From positions 7,564,001 to 7,628,000 of the forward strand of contig OZ004615.1 of NCBI GenBank assembly GCA_963924565.1: a stretch of DNA of 64,000 nt. The letters run 5' to 3'. The stretch is from Ascidiella aspersa (Eukaryota). The position numbers and the translations under genes are program-made. Below are positions 28,101-40,100 of this stretch, piece by piece. Position 1 is the first letter of the stretch. The number at the start of each line of letters is the position of its first letter. The notes under the pieces were generated by a model, which saw nothing but the letters and a program-made list of their open reading frames with translations, was not told the DNA's origin and ran no database searches.

Positions 28101-31100
28101 AGTGGACGGCTCCGGTTAACGACGGAGGCTCCAAGATCCTTGGCTACCACGTCGAGAAGAAGGACAGAAACTCGATCCTCTGGGTCAAGTGCAGCAAGAC
28201 GCTGTTGTCCAACACCGAGTACAAGGTTACAAATCTTCAAGACGGCCTTGAGTACGAGTTCCGCGTCTACGCTGAAAACACGGCCGGCTTTGGTAAGATG
28301 AGCAAAGCCTCGGAACATGCTGTGGCACGCGATTCTGTCGATCCTCCGCGAGATCTCGAGGTGGTCGGAGTCACCCGATCCTCCGTGCATCTTCAGTGGA
28401 AGAAACCAGAGTACGACGGCGGCGCCAAGATCACTGGATACGTAATCGAGCGAGTCGAACTGCCGCAAGGTCGCTGGCTCAAGTGCAATTTCAGCAACGT
28501 GTCGGTGACCAACTTCAACGTGGAAGGCCTGACCGAAGGCAACAAGTACGAGTTCCGGGTGTCGGCCAAGAACGCGGCCGGGGCAATGAGCGCTCCTGCC
28601 ATCATGATGTCGCCCGTGCTTGTCAAGGACGAGATGCAGCCGCCTGTTATTGACATGGACTCGCGCTACTGCGACGTCGTTGTCGTGCGCGCTGGCAAGA
28701 ACATCAAGCTGGAGGCTGGCATCCGAGGCAAGCCGACGCCCACTATGACGTGGAAAAAGGAAACCGATGACGTCAAGGCCTCGCCTCGCGTCACCATCCG
28801 CAACACCGACGTTTCCGCCTGCCTCGAGATCGCCGACGCGACCAGAGAGGACACTGCAACTTACTCGCTGACTGTTCAAAACTTTGCCGGTTCGAGGTCA
28901 CTCTCCATACAGGTCAAGGTTCTTGACAAGCCTGGGCCACCGAGTGGACCAATGAAGGTGACCGGAGTCACTGCTGAGAAGTGTACTCTTCAGTGGGAAT
29001 CGCCAAAGAGGGACGGCGGTGCACCGATCACCAACTACGTGGTCGAGAAGCGCGAAACCAGTCACCTTGCCTGGGTTCTCGTCAACCCTAATGTCGAAGG
29101 AACGACTTGCAAGGTGGGCAAACTGCTCGCCGACAACGAGTACGTTTTCCGAGTGCGCGCCGAGAACAAGTACGGAGTCGGTGAGGCGCTGGAATCGGCT
29201 GAAACCCTCGCCAAGAATCCATTCACAGTTCCCAACGCCCCAGCATCCGTCGAGATCACCTCGGTTACCAGGAGCACGGCAATGCTGACCTGGACGCGTC
29301 CGAGGTCCGATGGAGGGTCCGAGATCTCCGGCTACGCGATCGAGAAGAAGCAGCGCGGAGGACTGCGATGGATTCGCGCCAACAAGCAGAGCGTCATGAA
29401 CTTGCGATTCAAGGCTTGCGAGCTGAACGAGAACCAGGAATACGAGTTCCGCGTCTGCGCCGAAAACGCAGCCGGAGCTGGCGCCTGGAGCGAGGCAACT
29501 CCTTATGTGCTCACGGAGGACCCCAAGTATCCTCCGGAGGCGCCGCTCTCGTTGCGTGTGGACGACACCACCAAGTCCTCGGTCACTCTTTCGTGGATGC
29601 CGCCGACTTTCGACGGCGGAAGCGAAGTGATGGGATACGTGGTCGAAATGAGCAAGCTGAAGAAGCGCCGCACTGTTTCGCAGTCGTCCACCTCCACCAT
29701 CGCGACCACCATCACCACGATGACGATGGATGGCGGAATCGAGGAGCAGTCGCTTCTGGACGAAGAACAAAGAGACATCCGCCGCGAGTGGCTCAAGGTT
29801 TCCGGCAAGAACATCGTCCGCGACACCGAGTACATCGTAACCGGGCTTCGCGACAACGCCGAGTACCTTTTCCGCATAGCCGCGGTCAGCAAGGTCGGAG
29901 CCGGCGATTTCGCAATGCTCCGAATGCCGGTCATTTGCGTGGATCGCCTCGAGATGCCAGAGCTCGTTATCGACGAGACAGTGCGCCGCAACGTCACAAT
30001 CAAAGCCGGCGCCATGTTGCGCCTTAACCTTGGATTCCGCGGCCGGCCAACGCCAACTATTACGTGGTCCAAGGCCGACACTCTGGCCGAAACGCTCAAG
30101 AAGAGAGTGAACGTGGACACGACGCAGTACACAACATCGCTTGTGATCAACGACGCCGATCGCTACGACGCCGGCCGTTACATGGTCACCGTCGAGAACT
30201 GCGAGGGATCAAGGGACTTTGCATACACCGTGAAGGTGCTGGACACGCCCGGGCCAGTGCTCGACCTCGACGTGGCCGAAGTGACGCGCGACTCGGCCTC
30301 TCTTAAGTGGGCGACGCCGGACAACGACGGCAGCGCCGTGATCACCAACTACGTGGTGCAGAAGCGCGAAGCGTCGCGTAAAGCCTGGGCCACAGTGTCC
30401 GCCGACTGCACCAGGAACTCCTGCAAGGTCAGCGGCCTCAACGAAGGCGATTCTTACATGTTCCGCGTGATGGCCGAGAACGCAAACGGCCTCGGCAAGC
30501 CTTGCGAGACCAAAGAGTCGACAAAGATTTCGATGCGTCCGTCCGCGCCCGGAAAGCTCCAGGTGGCTGACGTCACCAAGTCAACGATAACCTTGGCTTG
30601 GAGCAAACCCGAGCAAAACGGCGGCAGCGAGATTACAGGCTACGAGATCGACATGGTCTTGTCGGGATTCGACAACTGGCAAAAGTGTACGGCCGTCAAC
30701 GCGCTCACTGTATTGGTCAAGGGACTGGAAGAAGGACGCCAGTATCTCTTCCGCGTAAAAGCCAAGAATGACAAGGGTCTTAGTGAAGCGTCGGTTTTGG
30801 CAAGTCCGGTAATGATCCAGGACATCGTCGAAGCTCCCGAGCTCAACCTCCGCGATCTTCCTGTGGGCGGCATCCACGGCAAGGCTGGAACGACTATCAG
30901 CTTTGCGATCCCAGTAAGCGGCAAACCGCGGCCTGAGATCAAGTGGACCAAGAACGGCGAGACGCTGAAGCAGACCACTCGTGTTTCGACCGTCAGCACC
31001 CCGATCGATACTTCCATCACGATGAAGACCTGCAAGTTGGAAGACTCGGGAAGATACGAGATCACGGCCACAAACGCGTCCGGCTCAAAGACCGGCGTCG

Positions 31101-34100
31101 TACAGGTCAACATCCTCGACAAGCCGGGCAAGATCAACGACTTGAAGTTGCAGGGCGTTACTGAGAACTCTGTGAGCCTTGAGTGGCAACCACCGACGGA
31201 AGACGGCGGCTGCCAGATCAGCAATTACGCGGTGCAGATGCGTGACGTCGAGTCCGAAACCTGGGTCGACTGCTCAGCCACCGCTGTGCGCCCGCGCATC
31301 AAGGTCACCAAGCTGGTGCTAGGCAAGGAATACCAGTTCCGCGTCGCCGCTGAAAACCGCTTCGGATGCGGGGCCTACGTTGCCTCTGAGAAGGTAACTG
31401 TCAAGTTCCCATTCGGTAAGCCTGGCCAACCCGGCGTGCCACGCGTCGCTTTGGTTGCATCCGACCACGTTGTCTTGCATTGGCACGAGCCTGTCCACGA
31501 TGGAGGCAGTCCAGTGCTGGCTTACCACGTCGAGGTCAAAGACCGCAACAGCATCATGTGGCGCAAGGTGAACCGCTCCGACGTGCACGACACAACATTC
31601 AGAGTGACCGGACTTCAGTCTGGCCTCACCTACGAGTTCCGCGCTTACGCCGAGAACGCGGCGGGCTGTGGTAAGCCGAGCCAGGCCTGCGACCCGGTTG
31701 TGGCACGCGACCAGATCTCACCGCCAACCTTGGTCGAGCCGGTCGGCGTTACACGCGTGTCGGTTGACCTTGTCTGGCGCAAGCCTGAGAACGACGGCGG
31801 CGCCAAGATCACCGGATATGTTGTCGAGCGGCGTGAGCTGCCCAACGGACGCTGGCTTAAGTGTAACTTCAGCAACCTGACCGACCTGCGCTACACCGTC
31901 ACCGGACTCACAGAGGACGCAAGCTACGAGTTCCAGGTCACCGCCAAGAACGCAGCCGGCTCGGTATCGCAGCCAAGTGAGCCGAGCGAGCGTGTTACTT
32001 GCAAGGACGCCTTCACACCGCCGCGCCTCGATTTGGACCCGAGCCTACGCGACACTGTCGTGGTCAAGGCCGGCGAGTCGACCACAATCTCAGCTGCCAT
32101 ATTCGGCAAACCGCAGCCGACTGTAACTTGGTCGCGCAACGGCGTCGAGCTCGAGCATTCGCCCAAGACCGAGATTGTCGTAAACGAAGCCAGCACTGCG
32201 ATTACGATTAAGGACGCCGGTCGTGATGACAGTGGCGAGTACGTGCTGCATCTGAAGAACAGCGCTGGAAGCCGATCGATCGCCGTCAACGTGAAGGTAC
32301 TAGACCGGCCAGGAAAGCCCGTTGGCCCGCTCGCTGTCACTGAAGTCACGTCTGAGAAGTGCAGGTTGACCTGGCGCCCGCCTGCCAACAATGGCGGTGC
32401 CCCGATCATGCACTACGTGGTCGAGAAGCGCGAGACGTCCAGACTGACCTGGACCCTGGTGGCCGGCGACGTCGAAGGAGTGACCATCAAGGTGACCAGG
32501 TTGCTCAAAGGAAACGAGTACCTGTTCCGCGTTATGGCAGTCAACAAGTACGGCAACGGCGTGCCGCTCGAGTCGGTACCCGTTCTTGCCAAGGACCCAT
32601 TCGGTAGCCCTAGTGCACCTGGCCAGCCGCAGATTTCCACAGTGATGCGTAACTCTGCTGTAGTGACATGGGTTCGCCCGAGCTCAGACGGCGGCAGCGA
32701 AATCACAGGTTACCACATCGAGCGCAAGGAGCGTAATTCGGTTCGCTGGACTCGCGCCGTGCGACGAGCTGTCAGCAGCCTTCATCACAAGGTCACCGGA
32801 CTGAACGAGGGATCCGAGTACGAGTTTAGAGTGGCTGCTGAAAACGCGGCAGGCGTCGGACCCTTCTCAGAGATCAGCAGTCCTGTGCTCTGCAAGGAGC
32901 CGGTCTACCCGCCTGGCCCAGTTGGAATACCAAAGGTTGTGGACACAACACGCAAGAGCATATCGCTCGGTTGGGCTCCGCCTTCGTTCGATGGAGGCGC
33001 AGACGTTACCGGTTATCAGATCGAGGTCTGCCCCAAGGACGCAGAAGCTGAAGACTGGGTGAAGTGCACGCCGGCGACCGGCATTAAGTCCACCGAGTAC
33101 ACAGTGGCCGATCTTCAGGCCAACAAAGAGTACAAGTTCCGCGTCGCCGCCATTAACGTGGTCGGCGTTGGCGAGGCAATGCAACTGCCGGTAGCTGTCG
33201 AGACTAGCGACAGGCTCGAGGCGCCCGAGATCTCGCCCGATGGTGACTTGAGAAAGAACCTGACAGTGAAGGCGGGAAATTCGATCCGCCTTTACGTTCC
33301 AATCAGAGGCAGACCGGTGCCTAGCGTACGCTGGAGCAAGGAGGGCTCGCCGACCATCGAGCGCGCTCAACTTGACACGTCCGAGTCTGGCACTATCCTG
33401 CTGATTCCGGAATGCAACCGCGTCGACTCCGGCAAGTACACTCTTACCCTGGACAACAGCTCTGGCTCAGTGTCCGCCAGCTGCACCGTGAAGGTGCTGG
33501 ACACGCCAGGACCGCCACAAAACCTCAGCGTTAAGGATGTGAGCAAGGACTACGCCACGATCAGCTGGAGCCCACCTTCGAATGACGGAGGCTCGCACGT
33601 CACCAACTACATCGTTGAGAAGAAGGAGCGCGGACGCAAGGCCTGGTCGACCATAACGACCGGCTGTCAGCGTACTCACCTGAAGACGAACCTAGCCGAA
33701 GGACAGAGCTACCTGTTCCGCGTCATTGCCGAGAACGAGAATGGCATCGGCGAGCCTGTCGAAACCACTACGGCTGTGAAGGCCACCGAGGTACCAGGCT
33801 CACCTGAGTTCTTGGAAGTGGTCGACGTTTCAAAGTCGTCGGTCACTCTTAAGTGGTGCAAGCCCGAGGAAGACGGCGGTTCGAAGATTCTCGGCTACAC
33901 GATTGAGTCGCTAGAACGCGACCAGAACAAATGGGTTAAGCGCGCCACGGTCAAGGAGCCGCAGGCCACCGTCAGCAACCTCAAGGAAGGCCAGGAATAC
34001 GCTTTCAGGGTCGTAGCCCTCAACGACACGGGAGCCTCTGATCCGCGGGAATGCTCGTCCCTTGTTATGGTGCGCGATACATTCGTGTCTCCGTCGCTGG

Positions 34101-37100
34101 ATCTCACGCAAATCCCGCACGGCGTCGCTCACGTTAAGGTTGGTGACAACCTCGACATCGCTGTTCCGGTGACTGGCAAGCCTCAGCCGCACATTAAGTG
34201 GACAAAGGACGGCGCCAAAGTGAAGATGTCGAAGCGCGTTGATGTCGAGAGCGAAGAAGCCGGCGTTGCGCGCCTCAAGATCAAAACTATTGTTCCTGAG
34301 GACGCGGGTGAATACGAACTAGTCGCTGAAAACCAGGGAGGCAAGCGATCTGCCAAGATCAAGGTCGTCGCTTTGGATAAACCTGGCCCGGTTGAGGATC
34401 TTCAGAACTCCGACGTCACCGAGTCGTCCGTTGTCCTGAGCTGGAAGCCACCAGTGTCCGATGGCGGATCTTCGATCAGCGGTTACGTCGTCGACATGCG
34501 TACGGCCGAAGAGGCAGAATGGAAGATGGTGTCTTCCGCCATTGTGCGCACCACCTTCAAATGCACCAAGTTGAACCTCGGAAAGGAGTACACGTTCCGC
34601 GTGCGCGCCATGAACCGATTCGGACTCGGACCGGCCGAGAGCACCGATCCTGTATTGATCCAGCTGCCGTACAAGGTTCCGGGACCGCCAGGCACTTGCA
34701 CAGTGTCACATGCTTCCAAGGAAGCGATGCTGGTCAACTGGCAGGAGCCGGTCAAGGATGGCGGCAGCGCCGTTATCGGCTACCATCTTGAGCTCAAGGA
34801 CAGGAACAGCATTCTGTGGAAGAAGACGAACCGCGCCATAATTCGCAGCACGCGCTTCCGCGCAGTCAACCTCCAGGAGGGACTCGAGTACGAGTTCCGA
34901 GTTTCGGCTGAGAACGCCGCCGGAATCGGCAAACCAAGTCGCCCGTCGGAGGGAGCCTTTGCTCGCGACCCGGTCGACATTCCGCGCGAAGTCGAGGTGG
35001 CTGACATCACGAGGTCGTCTTGTTTGGTGCGCTGGAAGAAGCCAGAGTACGATGGCGGACAGAAGATCGTCGGCTACATGGTCGAGAAGCGCGACCTTCC
35101 GACCGGACGCTGGACCAGGGCGAGCTTTAACATCATCCCAGACAGCGAGTTCCTCGTGACCGGGCTGAACGGTGGCGCCGAGTACGAGTTCCGCGTCCTG
35201 GCCAAGAACGCGGCCGGCATCTTCAGTGAACCGTCGGCCAGCACCGGCGCTGTGAAGTGTGAGGACGACTTCCGTCCTCCGAGGATCTCGTTGGACGCGC
35301 ATCTCATGGATGAGGTCCGCGTGTCCGCAGGATCCACTCTGCGTCTTCACGTCGGAATATCGGGCAAGCCCGATCCGGTGGTGATTTGGTCGGTAAACGG
35401 CAAGGAGATCCGCGAGGACTTCCGCCGCCTCTTCGACAACACGTTCGACCACAGCAGCGCCATCATTAAGGACTGCGCGCGCGGCGATTCCGGCACTTAC
35501 ACCGTGATGGCGAAGAACGCCTGCGGCGAGAAATCGGCCCAGATTAAGGTATTGGTGATGGACAAGCCCGGGCCGCCTCAGGGACCAGTCCGCTTCACGC
35601 GGGTCACAGACCAGCGCGTCACATGTTCATGGGACGCTCCTCAACAAGACGGCGGCTCCAAGATCACGCACTACGTTGTGTCTAAACGCGAGACCTCGCG
35701 TCTTGCCTGGTCCATCGTCACCGAAAACGAAGAGCTGGCAACGCACACCGTTCAGCGACTGATCAAGGGCAACGAATACCAGTTCCGCATTCAGGCAGTC
35801 AACAAGTTCGGCTTGGGTGAGCCGCTTGACTCGGAGCCTGTCCTAGCCAAGAATAGCTTCACAGAGCCGAGCGCCCCAGGCATGCCGGAGGTTTCCAGCG
35901 TGTTCAGCGACAGCTGTACCGTGACGTGGAAGCGCCCGGAGACGGACGGTGGAGCCGACATCGATAGCTACGTGCTGGAGAGACGCGAACGCAAGAGCTC
36001 CCGCTGGATAAAATGCAGCAAGAAGCCGATCCGAGATTTGCGCCTCAAGGTCGCAAACCTGACCGATGGAAACGAGTACGAGTTCCGCGTAGCAGCAGAG
36101 AACGCGGCAGGCATGGGCGCCTACAGTCCCGTGTCGCTGGCTGTGGTCATGCACGACCCGATTGACGTACCAGGACCCCCGGGAAGCCCAAAAGTCCGCG
36201 ATACGACCAAGACTTCGGTGCTGCTCGGATGGAGCCCACCGGCTTACGACGGCGGTAGCTCAGTGATTGGATACTTGCTCGAGATGAAGACTGGCGAGTA
36301 TGAAGAGCCAGAGCAGCAAGAGCAAGAGGGTGATGATGAGGCGGTGTCTTCCGTTACGCATCACGACGACGATGGATGGAACGTGGTTCAGACCAACGTG
36401 CTTCACACGAGGTACGAAGTGCCGAAGCTAGATTCGAGCACCGCCTACCAGTTCCGCGTCTCAGCCATTAACAAGGGAGGCGTGGGCGAGGCGGCGTTGC
36501 TGCACGGACACGTGAAGCCCGTTGACAAGCTCGAGGCTCCCGATTACGACCTGGACACCGATCTGCGCAAAACCCTCGTGGTCAAGGCCGGCTCCACCAT
36601 CAACGTCAGCATCCCGATCAAGGGCAAGCCGACGCCGAACGTGACCTGGAAGAAGAACGACGTCAACATCAGCATGAACCCGCGTGTGCACGTGGACAAC
36701 GTCGACAATAAGACCATAATGGTGATCCAGGATTGCTGCCGCGATGACACCGGAAAGTACGTCCTGGCTCTGGAGAATTCCAGCGGCGTCGCCAACACCT
36801 TCATTAGCGTTCGCGTCTTGGACACTCCAGGTGCTCCTGGGGCGATCCGCGTCAAGAAGGTGACGCAGGAATACGCCATCATCACTTGGGACGCACCGAT
36901 GGTCGACGGCGGCTCTGACGTGTTTAACTACTACGTAGACAAGCGCGAAACCACGCACCGCGCCTGGTCGTCGGTGTCGCGCGACTGCAACAAGCTGAGC
37001 TACAAGATCGAAGGCTTAAACAAGGGAAGCAGCTACTTCTTCCGCGTTATGGCAGAGAACGAGCGCGGAGTCGGTGTTCCGGCCGAGTCGGTGGCGGTCA

Positions 37101-40100
37101 CAGCCACCGAGGTACCGCCGCCTGTTAACGACCTTCGCGTCGACGACATTACAAACAGCTCCGTGTCGCTTGTCTGGGGCAAACCGGACAGTGATGGCGG
37201 AACTCCGATTTCGTCCTACCACGTTCAGCACCTGGTCAAGGGCGCTGAGGAGTGGGAAACCACCAAGACGAGGCACACCAAGCTGGTCGTTGACCAGCTG
37301 AAGAAGGACAGCAAATACGAGCTTCGTGTTGCCGCTGAAAACGAGGCTGGATTAGGCGACTGGACCACAATCGGCCCGATCTCGGTGCGCGAACAGCTGA
37401 TCGCCCCAGAGGCTGATTTCAGCTCAATCCCTGGCCGCACGATCAACATGCGCGAGGGTGGCAACCTCAGGCTCGACATCCCAATATACGGGAAGCCGAG
37501 TCCGTCGGTGCGTTGGAGCAAGGACCGCATCCCTCTCAAGCAGGGCGATCACGTCGCCTTCGAGAGGACCAAGGACACTGCCATGCTTATGATCCGCGAC
37601 GTTCAGAAGCAGGACGCCTCGCAGTACTTCTTGCATCTTGAGAGTGCGGGTGGACGCAAGGACGCTGCCTTCACGCTGAACGTGTACGGCAACCCTGGCA
37701 AGATCAAGGGAATGATCGAGTTCCCGGAGGTGAGCGCCGAGAGCGTCGTGCTCAAGTGGACGCCGCCGGAGGACAACGGAGGATCTGAGATCACCAACTA
37801 CATCGTCGAGAAGAAGGAGACAACCAGCGACTCATGGTCGTCGGTGAACGCAAACTGCAGCCGAACCACGGTCAAGGCAACGAAGCTTCGCCCCAACTCG
37901 GAATATATCTTCCGTGTAGCGGCCGAGAACAAGTACGGCATGGGCGAGTTCACTGAGTCTATGGAAGTGGTCGCCAAGTATCCCTTCCGTGTGCCCTCAG
38001 CGCCAGGCCAGCCCGAAGTGGTCGAGATGAGCGCAGACGCAATGACTGTTCTGTGGAAGGAATGCCATTCCGACGGCGGCTCGGAGATCATGGGCTATCA
38101 CATCGAGCGCAAGGAACGCAACGCGATCCTTTGGACCAAGCAAAACCAGTCAGCTCTGCGCAGCTGTGAGTACAAGGCGACGGGTCTGATCGAAGGCCTC
38201 GAGTACCAGTTCCGAGTCTACGCCGAGAATATGGCCGGCCTCAGCAAGGCAAGCGAGGCGAGCAAGCCGGAGCGAGCGCACAATGTAGTCAGCCCGCCGT
38301 CTTGTCCAGACTGGAGCGACATTACGCGCGATACTGTTACGCTGACATGGCAAGCTCCCAAGTCGGACGGCGGCAGCAAGATCATCGGCTACAACATCGA
38401 GAAGCGCTCGGGCGAGGACGGACGCTGGCTCAAGTGCAACTACACCAACGTGCAGGAGTGCGAGTTCACCGCCACCGCGCTTAACATGGGCGAGAAGTAC
38501 CAGTTCCGCGTGATCGCTCGCAACGCCACCGGCACGGTAAGCAAGCCGTCCATACCGAGCGCCGAAATCGTGTGCCGCGACGACTTCCAGCCGCCAAACA
38601 TCCAGTTGGACGCCGATCTTTACGACGGCGTGAGCATCCGCGCCGGAGTCACACTTCGCTTGAAGGCAATCATCACCGGCAAGCCCGCTCCTCGCGTCAC
38701 GTGGACGCAGAGCGGCAAGGAAGTGATGCCGAACGCTCAGGTCGACATCAGCCAGGTCAAAAACACGCACCAGCTCGTCATCAAGGACACGACGCGACTC
38801 AACAGCGGCGAATACGTCATTTCGGCCAGAAATCCGTGCGCCACCAAGACCATGGATATCAAGGTGACAATACTGGACAAGCCAGGACCACCCCAGGGCC
38901 CGGTAAAGTTCACCTCGCTGACCGCGGAGAAGGTCACGCTGTGGTGGGCCGCGCCCAAGGACACCGGCGGCGCCACGATCGAGAACTACGTGGTCGAGAA
39001 GCGCGAGACGACGCGACTTAACTGGGCGCTGGTCGCTGCCAGCTGCGGCTCAACCAACTTGACGGTGACGCGGCTACTCAAGAACCACGAATACCAGTTC
39101 CGCGTTTCGGCCAAGAACAAGTTCGGTGTCGGCACACCGCTTCTGTCCGACGCTGTGGTGGCTAAGGTATCCTACACGGTGCCAACGCCGCCTGGCCAGC
39201 CTCAATACTCCAGCTCGAGCCCTGATTCGATCACAGTTGCCTTCACGCGCCCATTGAGCGACGGCGGCAACGAGATCATCGGCTACAACGTGGAGCGTCG
39301 CGAGAAGAAGAGCATGCGCTGGGTGCTGGCCAACAAGAAGCCGGTCACCGAGCTGCGCTGTAAGGTAACCGGCCTTAACGAGGGCGGCGAGTACGAGTTC
39401 CGCGTCACCGCCGAGAACGCGGCCGGCCAGAGCAAGCCGAGCGAGACATCGTCGCTTATCGTTTGCCGCGAGCCGATCAGTCCACCGGCGGCTCCTGGAA
39501 TCGCGCGCGTCACTGATACGTCACGCAGTACGGTGGCCCTTATGTGGACGCCGCCCACCTACGACGGCGGCAGCATCGTCACCGGTTACGTGGTGGAAGC
39601 GCGTAAGGTCCTCCCTGAAGAGCAGCAAGCCGATGGGGACGACGACTGGATGCGAATGAACCCGGAAATGATCCGCTCGTGCGAATACGTGGTTCCCAAC
39701 CTGGAGCCTGGCGCAGAATACAACTTGCGAGTGCGCGCCTCTAACGCTGGAGGCCTTGGTGAGGCGACTTCGATTTCCGGCAAAGTGATGGCAACCGACA
39801 AACTTGAGGCACCCGACTTCCAGATCGACGCCGACTTCAAGTCGCACTATGTGGTACGAGCCGGCGCTGCTTTGCGCTTGTTTGTGCTTTACCACGGACG
39901 CCCGATCCCGAATGTCACCTGGTCGAAGCCCGACGTCGAACTTCAAGATCGCGCCGAGATTCAGACGACAGGCTACAGCAGCCTGTTGCTGATCAACTCG
40001 ACAACGCGCGAGGACTCTGGAAAGTACACGCTCTCGCTGGAGAACAGCACTGGAGAGAAGCAGCTCAACATGACTGTGAAGGTACTCGACTCGCCAGGAC

